Sequence record: KU726251.1
DNA: 64,000 nt
Strand: one strand, 5' to 3'
The notes under the pieces were generated by a model. The model made no database searches. It was given only the letters and a program-made list of their open reading frames with translations, and was not told the origin of the DNA. Below, piece after piece: positions 38,322 through 46,470 of this stretch. Every line of letters begins with the position of its first letter. The stretch's first letter is position 1. Made by a program: the position numbers and the translations under genes.

Positions 38322-39179
38322 ATGATTGATATTTATACCGACTATGCGGCTGTATTGACAGTCAACCGTCACGAAGGTCGTGCAGCACCGATGCTAGATT
38401 TAGTGACGCTCGGTATGGATTACGGTTACGATGTGGCGTTATCCGATGTTTATAGCAACCCGTTGTCTGACCCCGCGGACGAAACTGTCCGTCTGGAATC
38501 CATTATCGTGAAGGTAGCGGTTGGATTAGGCAACCGCCTCGGTATCGGACTTAATCCACAAATCGTCTTCCAGAAACCGAAAGAAACCGTACGTATCCTT
38601 CACGGTGTGTTGGAAGCCTTCGAAGAGTTCGAAGACAGTGATGCCCTTTACGGGATTGTCTCCTCTGGTGAGACACCAGAGTATATCCTGGAGAACATGT
38701 GTCGTTATGTTTACGGTGACGAAAACCTGCACTTCGAAGACCTGATTACTGTTGTCAGCCCACGCGTGCTTACCGTGATGGAAAACTTCTTAGCAGCAGA
38801 GTCGTTGGAAAGCCAGAAACGAAACAGCGACGATGTACGCCAAGAACGTATCGTCGCTTACTTGCGGTTGTTCCCTGAGAACCCGTCAGCGTTTGTCTTT
38901 ATGAATCTGCCTGCTGAGCCAGACTTAACGGTGGTGCAGCAGTCGTTAGAGTTTCGCGTAGAAGATGTTAGCGAAATTGATTTGCTGACGATGTATGCGG
39001 TGGGCTTATCGATTATTCCTCATGCGGAGTTTGATGGGGCTTACGGTGACTTAGAAAAGAACCTTGCCCTGTTGAACGTCGACAACGTCCCGCCTGGAGA
39101 AATCTTGCGGAAAGGATTGGAAGCGTTGAAAGTCATATACGCTAGTGGGGACGCGGAGGTAGATGATGAACAAGATTGA
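38322..39179 (+). CDS. hypothetical protein, probable virion component
   Basis: TATG at 38290; immediately precedes virion RNAP subunit. Confidence 0.7.
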   Translation: MIDIYTDYAAVLTVNRHEGRAAPMLDLVTLGMDYGYDVALSDVYSNPLSDPADETVRLESIIVKVAVGLGNRLGIGLNPQIVFQKPKETVRILHGVLEAFEEFEDSDALYGIVSSGETPEYILENMCRYVYGDENLHFEDLITVVSPRVLTVMENFLAAESLESQKRNSDDVRQERIVAYLRLFPENPSAFVFMNLPAEPDLTVVQQSLEFRVEDVSEIDLLTMYAVGLSIIPHAEFDGAYGDLEKNLALLNVDNVPPGEILRKGLEALKVIYASGDAEVDDEQD

Positions 39180-40461
39180 TTATCTGGTCGCTGCGTGTAA
39201 AGCAGAAGCTTGGCGTAGACTGGTGTGGCGTATTGCGGTTTTCAACGTGGCAATCTTTAATGAAAAAGGTGAGCCACCTGAGCAATACGACCTGAACTAC
39301 ATTGACGGCTTGCCCCACTACTGGGAAAACGAAGAAATTAAATGGGTGCCGATTGAAGGGTGCAAAAAAGATGAAGAGCTGTTCGTGCCGGAAGAGCAGT
39401 TTGAATTGCGTCCTGAGATGTACCCAGGTTTAGCTGGTCCCATTCCGACTACCGTGGGTCGCTATGTCTTTAACTGGATTGCCATCTATTACGCTTTCGG
39501 TACCCGTCTCCCGTATCTGGCAGAGTCTCGTGACCCACTAGCTTACCGTAAAGAGATGTATGAGCGTTGTGTGGAATATGATGACAGCGATCCAGACAAC
39601 GAAGACGCGATTCGACCGTACATGATAGGACGCTTTGTAGGGGGTCTACACGAGCTTGCTCCGTTGTGTCGTGGGATTGCCCCAACAGGAACAATTAGAA
39701 GCCTTACAACGCATCCTGACGCGTATAAGGTACGTGATGCGTTGCTGTTGAAGCACAAAGACGAACTGGATAACCCTGCGGTTATCGTTATGATTGAAAA
39801 AGCTCTCGACGAACTTGATAAAGAGTGGTTGAGTGGCGACCAGTCCGTTGAGTTCTACAGCTCGCCTAAAGCGCGTATGCGTCGCCGTAAGCTGATGCTG
39901 ATGTATGGTATTCAGACCGCTTTTAAAGAAGGTGCAGATTTTACCTTAATCCCAACGAGTCTGATGGAAGTTGATCAGACCGGGATGAAGTACCTGGTAG
40001 AGAAGTTCAATGACACTCGTGAAGGTTCCTTCATGCGTGGTGCAGAAACCGCTAAGGGTGGTGAGCAGGTACGTATCATCCAGATGATCTTCCAGAACCA
40101 CAAAATCGTGCCTGGAGATTGCGGGACAAAACTGACTCATGCACTTGTAATTAACCAGTATAACTACAAGCGTTATGTTGGCATGAACGCGATGATTAAC
40201 GGTAAAGTTACCCAACTCACCGAAGAGTATTTGAAAACGCAATTCGGTAAAGTTGTTCGACTCCGCCGACCCATCTTATGTCAGCAAGGTCACGTAGACT
40301 GTTGTGCGGCGTGCGCCTCTGCACACAAAGCAGAAGAGCCACGGGCAATCGCTGCGGATATCTCATCCGGCTTCTCGAACGTTATGACCACTGCAATGGG
40401 TGCGATGCACGGTCGTGAAACCGTGGTTAAAGAGTACATCCCTAAATTCCACATCACCTAA
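39163..40461 (+). CDS. virion RNA polymerase beta-prime middle subunit (phiKZ gp80-like)
   Basis: GDCGT, LRRPILC…CCAACA Zn site, terminal AMGAMH. Confidence 0.85.
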   Translation: MMNKIDYLVAACKAEAWRRLVWRIAVFNVAIFNEKGEPPEQYDLNYIDGLPHYWENEEIKWVPIEGCKKDEELFVPEEQFELRPEMYPGLAGPIPTTVGRYVFNWIAIYYAFGTRLPYLAESRDPLAYRKEMYERCVEYDDSDPDNEDAIRPYMIGRFVGGLHELAPLCRGIAPTGTIRSLTTHPDAYKVRDALLLKHKDELDNPAVIVMIEKALDELDKEWLSGDQSVEFYSSPKARMRRRKLMLMYGIQTAFKEGADFTLIPTSLMEVDQTGMKYLVEKFNDTREGSFMRGAETAKGGEQVRIIQMIFQNHKIVPGDCGTKLTHALVINQYNYKRYVGMNAMINGKVTQLTEEYLKTQFGKVVRLRRPILCQQGHVDCCAACASAHKAEEPRAIAADISSGFSNVMTTAMGAMHGRETVVKEYIPKFHIT

Positions 40462-40474
40462 GGATTGTTTCCTC

Positions 40475-40975
40475 ATGACTAAGAAAGACACTACTACCCT
40501 TGACCCGCGTACAGAAGGCGTGGTCCGTGATAGCGCTTCTTACAGCAACGACGACCAATATCGTGTTAAACTGATCACCACGATGCTCGATGAAGCAGGT
40601 AACAATGCCGGCCCACGTAAAGCATCTGGTACCCAGGCTGAGAAAGATGCGTATAATAAGCTGCATCACTCTTTCCGTGAGCTGTTTAAACTGCGCGGTC
40701 AGGCCTTCCTGGACGGTTTCTACGCCTTTGTAGAAGCGGCTAATAAGCACCGTAACGGTATTTTCTACGCACCGGCTGCTAATAACCGTATCAGTGAGAA
40801 CTTCCCGAATCGTGACGAGCGTGAAGTCTTCGTTATCTTTATTAACATGCTGATTCGTTACGCACGTTGCGCCGACAAAGGCCGTTTCCGCGATACCAAC
40901 GATGTTGACCGTCTGGCTCGTCGCTTGAACGACCCGGACCTGCGTTCGCTGGTTATGCACGCCTTTGGCGGTTAA
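40475..40975 (+). CDS. hypothetical protein
   Basis: TAAGGA RBS before ATG 40475. Confidence 0.75.
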   Translation: MTKKDTTTLDPRTEGVVRDSASYSNDDQYRVKLITTMLDEAGNNAGPRKASGTQAEKDAYNKLHHSFRELFKLRGQAFLDGFYAFVEAANKHRNGIFYAPAANNRISENFPNRDEREVFVIFINMLIRYARCADKGRFRDTNDVDRLARRLNDPDLRSLVMHAFGG

Positions 40976-40984
40976 ATAAAAGTA

Positions 40985-41020
40985 CCTCTCTACCTAGGGT
41001 AGAGAGGCCTTTCTTTTTTT
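40985..41020. terminator. bidirectional terminator
   Basis: CCTCTCTACC-TAG-GGTAGAGAGG + T run between convergent genes. Confidence 0.8.
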
Positions 41021-41023
41021 GTT

Positions 41024-42808
41024 TTAGAACCCGCAGATGTACTCCATAGGCTCTGTCACTACTTCCCCTTGCTTACGTAAGAACGTAGACAGGACAGTGT
41101 CTTTGTCCGGTAAGCAGAAGAAGTCTGTCGCTATTTCCATGGCATTAACTCGCCCAGCAGTTAAGTTGACGCCCGTGCGACGTCGAATCTCTTCACTAAC
41201 CCCATTGATGGACAGTAGTTCGATGAGTGTGGTCTCACGAGACTGGTTCATCATGTTTGTGGCCGACGGGTAGGCCTGGGTTAAGTCCGCATCCGCAGTT
41301 TGACCACGGAACGCAGAGTAATATTCGTCAATCTCCTCCAGAATGTTATTCAGACCGTTCTCAGCATTCATACATGCTGTCAGGGTAACAATCCAACCGT
41401 CTGTACCGATAACCTCTTCATCGTAATCGTTACGCATTGCAGACCCTACGGAACCGATGACGTATCCTTTGTCATACAGATAATAGGTAAAGGCCACGCA
41501 GATACGTTTTGGTAGCGACGGGAAGATATCGTACATCGAGAAACCTGCCAGAATGGATATTGCTGAAGACAAATCGTTCGTCTTCTTATCCAACAACACG
41601 ATTAACAAGTTATCCATCATGTTGTATACGGCATATTCGGCAGGGTAGTCCCGTTGTGCTTTTATGTGCCATTGCAGGTTATCTTCATACGGCAGTCCAG
41701 GAATGTCGAGTTTGTGTAAACCGAGTTCGGTGTACAGTATGGCAGATAACTTGTACGAAGGACGTTGGCCTTCGTGGACACGCAACGAACGGAATAACAC
41801 CATGGCATCCACACAGTAGAAAGACGCAGTACAGTAGAGTACGTGCCACTGTTGTGACGGTGCTTTGGTGAGTGACTTGGATTCCGTCTTTTTGTTCGCC
41901 TGGTCTTCTTTAAACCACAGACGACGGTATTTCTCCGGCACATCCGGATGGTTAAAGACGCCCAGTGGATCGATGCCTTCTTTCTGCAAGGTTTCTAACA
42001 TGCGTGAAATATCGAACTGGTGGTTCCATGCGACCAGCAAATCAGGAAGACGCGGATGAATTTCTTCGAACATCCTGACGATGCACTGCCCTGCCGTAGC
42101 GCAGGTATAGGTGAATATTTTATAACCGCTGATAATGTCTTTGGTCTTTGTCACCTTTTCGCCAGTCTTTTTGTCTTTCTCATCGAATTCGATTTTGCTT
42201 AAGAGTTCCTGCGCTTTTTTGAGAATGACTTCTTCCGCGTTTTTACCGATGCGGTCCATGTAGTTCTTAGCACCAAAGAAATGGATTTCGTCGTCTAAGA
42301 TAAATGACACGATCCACGGTTCCTTCGTGCCGTCCATTTCGTTGGTCTCTACGTCGTATACACAAAGACGGTTAGGACTGATGTTGTTTGGCCAACGCTT
42401 TAAGTATTTCTGTTTAATCCAGCTGGTAATCGGTAAGTCGGCCCAATAAACGTACGGGCTAGTACAAACACGCCTCAGGTTCTTTTTCGGGTCAGGGAAA
42501 CGTGCACCTAAACCCATCTGCAACGTCTTCGCCATCTGCGCATCAGTAGTCCAGAGTTCTTGACATTTTCCTTTTTCTTCGAACTCTTTTTTCTCCTGGT
42601 GGTTACGATATTCTTCACGGGTAACGTACACCGGACGCTTTAAATTCTCACGCATTACCAAGCGCGGGATAAGCCTGCCATCCTTAGTATGGATGACCTC
42701 TTTGATGAGGACAAAGTCATTTTCTTTTTCTTCGTCCGTCGCATAAGCGACGTGCTTGCACTCTTTAGCGATGACATCCTCGGGTGCGTAATAGGTATTG
42801 ATTTCCAT
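41024..42808 (-). CDS. family B DNA polymerase N-terminal part: 3'-5' exonuclease plus motif A (phiKZ gp82-like)
   Basis: ExoI YDVET, ExoII AWNHQFD, ExoIII YNMMD, motif A DLTQAYPS. Confidence 0.85.
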   Translation of the reverse strand: MEINTYYAPEDVIAKECKHVAYATDEEKENDFVLIKEVIHTKDGRLIPRLVMRENLKRPVYVTREEYRNHQEKKEFEEKGKCQELWTTDAQMAKTLQMGLGARFPDPKKNLRRVCTSPYVYWADLPITSWIKQKYLKRWPNNISPNRLCVYDVETNEMDGTKEPWIVSFILDDEIHFFGAKNYMDRIGKNAEEVILKKAQELLSKIEFDEKDKKTGEKVTKTKDIISGYKIFTYTCATAGQCIVRMFEEIHPRLPDLLVAWNHQFDISRMLETLQKEGIDPLGVFNHPDVPEKYRRLWFKEDQANKKTESKSLTKAPSQQWHVLYCTASFYCVDAMVLFRSLRVHEGQRPSYKLSAILYTELGLHKLDIPGLPYEDNLQWHIKAQRDYPAEYAVYNMMDNLLIVLLDKKTNDLSSAISILAGFSMYDIFPSLPKRICVAFTYYLYDKGYVIGSVGSAMRNDYDEEVIGTDGWIVTLTACMNAENGLNNILEEIDEYYSAFRGQTADADLTQAYPSATNMMNQSRETTLIELLSINGVSEEIRRRTGVNLTAGRVNAMEIATDFFCLPDKDTVLSTFLRKQGEVVTEPMEYICGF

Positions 42809-42878
42809 GGTCTACTCTCAAATATGGTGTCTGCTATACTGATTTGTGGGTAACGTATTTTCTAAAAGGAACGTCTAA

Positions 42879-44231
42879 ATGGGACACTGGCAAAAGCACA
42901 TAACCTCGTTGGCCGACGCGAAAGCCGTGGCCTCGGAGTCCATCGGATTCCAAGATAAAAAGAAACTCGCCTCTTTGGCGGAAGTGGTACGTAAGTTCCG
43001 TGATGCGGGCGACTTCTCGCCAGCGGGTTATCAGAGTTCTGGTATTGCTGCCTGGGTCTTTGACAACAACGGTATTACAGTCCTGCCTCGTAACGGGTCC
43101 GACTTAGGTGTGGCGGACGTTGTGTTTGCGGGTGTGGAGCCACCGAAGCTCGATGCGAACAACCCAATCATCGCCGACCTGCAACGCAAGATGGTACAGG
43201 GCAACACCGACCTGGATGTCTACAGTAAGTTCTTAAAAGAGAACGAGCTGAACGGCGAGTTCGACGATAAAAATGCGAAGCTTTCAGGCGAACTCAGCAA
43301 GGTGCCGTCCCCACTTTGGCTGACCCCGAAACTACTGACAGGTATCGAGTTAACGGATTTAGAAGTCGCGGCGATTATTCTACATGAAGTCGGTCACGTC
43401 TATTACTATTTCCGTACCTTGATGCGTACGGTGGTAACGAACCTGATTGCGGATGCTGCAGCGAACCGCATGATGCAAACAGAAGACCCGACAGTGCGTT
43501 TAAAAGTCGTAAAAGACGTTGAACGTATGCTGAACACCAAAGTGAATCAGCCGGAAACTATCTGCAAAGAGATGTCTAAAGAGAACATCTACATGCATCT
43601 GGTGACAGACATTCTGCTTGAGCGTCCGTTTGTTACCGGTTCGGAAGGGTTCGCTAACCGTACCTGGGAACGTGCTGCAGATGACTTCGCAGCTCGCTTT
43701 GGTGCAGCCCCGTACCTGGCGTCAGCCTTGTACAAAATCGAAACGTCCCAATTCTATCTCTGCCGGAACGCGTCGTACATGAACTACGGTGTGCATCTGA
43801 TGCTGGAGATGCTTAACGTTTCGCTGCTGATTGTGGCTTCGACTAATCCAGTTGGTCTGTTCTTCACGACTATCTCAGTCGCGTTCGGCCTGATTGTGAA
43901 CGACCCACGCAACACCATCTACGATCCGCCGCAGGAACGTTTTGAGACGATGCGTCGTAACTTAGTGGAGGAGCTGAACACCTTAAAAGGCAGTACCACG
44001 AAAGAAGCGAACGAACATCGTAAACGTATTCTGCAGGGCATTGCGTCTATCGACGAACTACTGAAAACCGTGAAAGACAAAGACAACGTCTTTAGCTTCA
44101 TCATGAAAACGCTGACCCCTGGCGGTCGCCGTGAGCGTGCTGGGGTGGATTATCAGCGTACGATGGAGCGCTATCTTTCTAATGACCTGCGTGTGGCTTC
44201 TGCGAAGCTTAGTCAGGCGACTTCTTCCTAA
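42879..44231 (+). CDS. head-associated protein with zinc-metallopeptidase motif
   Basis: ILHEVGH and WERAADDF, hydrophobic segment; ASES possible maturation site. Confidence 0.7.
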   Translation: MGHWQKHITSLADAKAVASESIGFQDKKKLASLAEVVRKFRDAGDFSPAGYQSSGIAAWVFDNNGITVLPRNGSDLGVADVVFAGVEPPKLDANNPIIADLQRKMVQGNTDLDVYSKFLKENELNGEFDDKNAKLSGELSKVPSPLWLTPKLLTGIELTDLEVAAIILHEVGHVYYYFRTLMRTVVTNLIADAAANRMMQTEDPTVRLKVVKDVERMLNTKVNQPETICKEMSKENIYMHLVTDILLERPFVTGSEGFANRTWERAADDFAARFGAAPYLASALYKIETSQFYLCRNASYMNYGVHLMLEMLNVSLLIVASTNPVGLFFTTISVAFGLIVNDPRNTIYDPPQERFETMRRNLVEELNTLKGSTTKEANEHRKRILQGIASIDELLKTVKDKDNVFSFIMKTLTPGGRRERAGVDYQRTMERYLSNDLRVASAKLSQATSS

Positions 44232-44246
44232 GTAAGGGTACTTAAC

Positions 44247-44689
44247 ATGACGCATAAAGTTTCTTTAAATAACCTGGTACTGGATTTCAAACGTACCAAC
44301 GAAGGGAAAGGCGTACACGCCCAGCGTGCTTTGACCGGCCTGGTTGCTTTCTCACTGGCGTATAACGCGGTACTGGCTGATAATGGCCAATATGGCGCTG
44401 CAGAGGCCGCTGGGACGTTTTTACGTCCGGTAATGCGTAATATCGTCTCTGACGTTAACGAGCTGTACTGTGTTGATTTGGGCGTGATTGAGGACATGAC
44501 CGTGGGTCTGTACTGCAATCGTTACTGCAACGTGTATGGCGGCGCTAAAGCCTGGAAAGTTTCTCTGTTCGTGAAATCTTCAACCAGGCGCTCGGTGAAG
44601 ATATCTGGGAAACCGTCGGTCTGTGGATTAGCCGCTTTATGGAAGTGGTTGGTTTCTACATGGCAGAACTGAAAGGGCAAATTTCATGA
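44247..44689 (+). CDS. putative virion protein, apparent 1-nt deletion near 44561 (about 147 aa restored)
   Basis: Restored frame KAWKVFSVREIFNQALGEDIW…QIS* ends in ATGA overlap with 44686. Confidence 0.6.
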
Positions 44690-46419
44690 GCATGGAAATG
44701 ACAGGTAACGCCACCCACCCCAAATGGCGTTTGGGGGAGATCGGTGAAGTCCTGCGTTCACGTATGGCCGAGCGTATTGATTCTGTCAACCAGCTCAATC
44801 TGTACATGCAACGCAACGAAGCTGACTTAATCTACGGCTCTCGACTGATTCTGCAAATTGACGCGATTCTTGACGAAGTGCGTCGCGCAGGTCTGTCGAA
44901 AGATGTCGCTGTCGCTGTTGAATCTTCTCGCCCAGGTACAATTCCCGAAGCCGTTCGCAAAATCCTGACTTCGAACTATACCCGCACGCACCAGAAAGAG
45001 ACTATTGTTGCGCTCGAATCCTGGGCAAATGCAGGTAAAGTGGGATTGGTTGTGCTGATCATGACCGCGATTATCAAAATCATCGGTTGGATTATCAGCA
45101 ACGGTAACGGGTTTGCTGGTAATGGCGAATTCGACGGCGAAGGTTACGCTGAGAAAGTCAGCGAAAAAGCAGAGAGTTTCTCCCAGACCGAAAATACCAT
45201 CATCGGTCAGCTGAAAATCAGCGCAGTGAAAGATGCATACATCGAAGCCTCTAAGGGTCTGAAAGGTCGTGACCTGGAAAACCTGAACTTGGCTATCGCG
45301 ATGGCCGACGAAGTGTTTACGAACATGAACGCGGAAGAGTATCTGAACGACTTGAGCAGCGCGCTGGGTCGTTCGCCGTTCACTGAGTTGTTCAAAGGCT
45401 ACACTAAGAAACGTCAGTCAAGCCAGCAGGTTATTCACGATCTGTTAGACACCCTGTTACAACACAACGTGACGTACGGTATCTACCCGATTGAAGTGGG
45501 TAAGAAAGCCTGGCAGGCGTTACCGAAGTCTGCTCGCGAAGCCGGTGTGCGTATTCCGAACCTGTTGAACTTCCATCAGATGTCGAATGTTGCCAGCGAA
45601 CTTATCGGTTACTTTGGCTCGCTCCAGAGTGCCTTTAAAGCGATGATTGACCCAAGCGTCGCCGAAGGTTTTAAGAATCAGCAAGGTTCAACCACCACGC
45701 ACAACGGTAAGCAAGTTAACAAAGCAGCACACGACACCGCGCTTATTTTCGGTCAGGCGTTAGCGCAGCTGAACACCACGATGAACTTCATCATCAGCGA
45801 CGTTTCCCGCAAAGGATTCGAATACGCTACTGCACCTTTGGTCGTTATCCCAGAAAACAAAGTTCGTGGTTTGGTGGGTCATGACGATGGTGTGGACTTC
45901 GTGCCTGGTAAGGTATTGGTCAACGCACAAGCATCTGCGTTCTTGGGACGCGAGTGCTTAGAGCAAATGCGTCAGGCAGGCACGTTATCGGTTGGTGACG
46001 AACGTGAGTTGCTGGCTGTAGTGGTAACGTTAGGTAAACAAGGCTTTACCAACGACACCGCTGCGACTAACCTGAATCGTTACAGTGCACTGGATAAGGC
46101 GGTTAACAACACGATTAAAGTGTTGGAACAGTTCCAGAAAGCAACCAAGGATAACGTTGAATACGTTAACCTGATTAGCGAAGTCATCATGAATGAGCTT
46201 AATCAGCCTTCTGGTCTGCGCACTGACGGTCGCGAACTCTCGATGGTGTTATTCTCCCCAGACGGTGACGAAGACCTCTTCGTCGGCTTGCGTCGTAACT
46301 TGTCGTTGGTGCGTCGTTGTTGCGGTGCTGCCGCTACACTGCAGACGATACTGAACCTGGCCAAACGTAACCCGTTGGTGAAAGGCAATAACCGCAAAAA
46401 CATGCTTGACGGCGAATAA
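44686..46419 (+). CDS. putative internal head protein
   Basis: AVES/ALES motifs then WANAGKVGLVVL hydrophobic segment, similar layout to the 53404/54759 paralogs. Confidence 0.7.
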   Translation: MSMEMTGNATHPKWRLGEIGEVLRSRMAERIDSVNQLNLYMQRNEADLIYGSRLILQIDAILDEVRRAGLSKDVAVAVESSRPGTIPEAVRKILTSNYTRTHQKETIVALESWANAGKVGLVVLIMTAIIKIIGWIISNGNGFAGNGEFDGEGYAEKVSEKAESFSQTENTIIGQLKISAVKDAYIEASKGLKGRDLENLNLAIAMADEVFTNMNAEEYLNDLSSALGRSPFTELFKGYTKKRQSSQQVIHDLLDTLLQHNVTYGIYPIEVGKKAWQALPKSAREAGVRIPNLLNFHQMSNVASELIGYFGSLQSAFKAMIDPSVAEGFKNQQGSTTTHNGKQVNKAAHDTALIFGQALAQLNTTMNFIISDVSRKGFEYATAPLVVIPENKVRGLVGHDDGVDFVPGKVLVNAQASAFLGRECLEQMRQAGTLSVGDERELLAVVVTLGKQGFTNDTAATNLNRYSALDKAVNNTIKVLEQFQKATKDNVEYVNLISEVIMNELNQPSGLRTDGRELSMVLFSPDGDEDLFVGLRRNLSLVRRCCGAAATLQTILNLAKRNPLVKGNNRKNMLDGE

Positions 46420-46428
46420 AATAAAAGG

Positions 46429-46470
46429 CTACCCTCTCCTTCGGGAGAGGGTAGTGCTTTTTTATTCTTT
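46429..46470. terminator. bidirectional terminator
   Basis: CTACCCTCTCC-TTCG-GGAGAGGGTAG with A and T runs. Confidence 0.85.
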
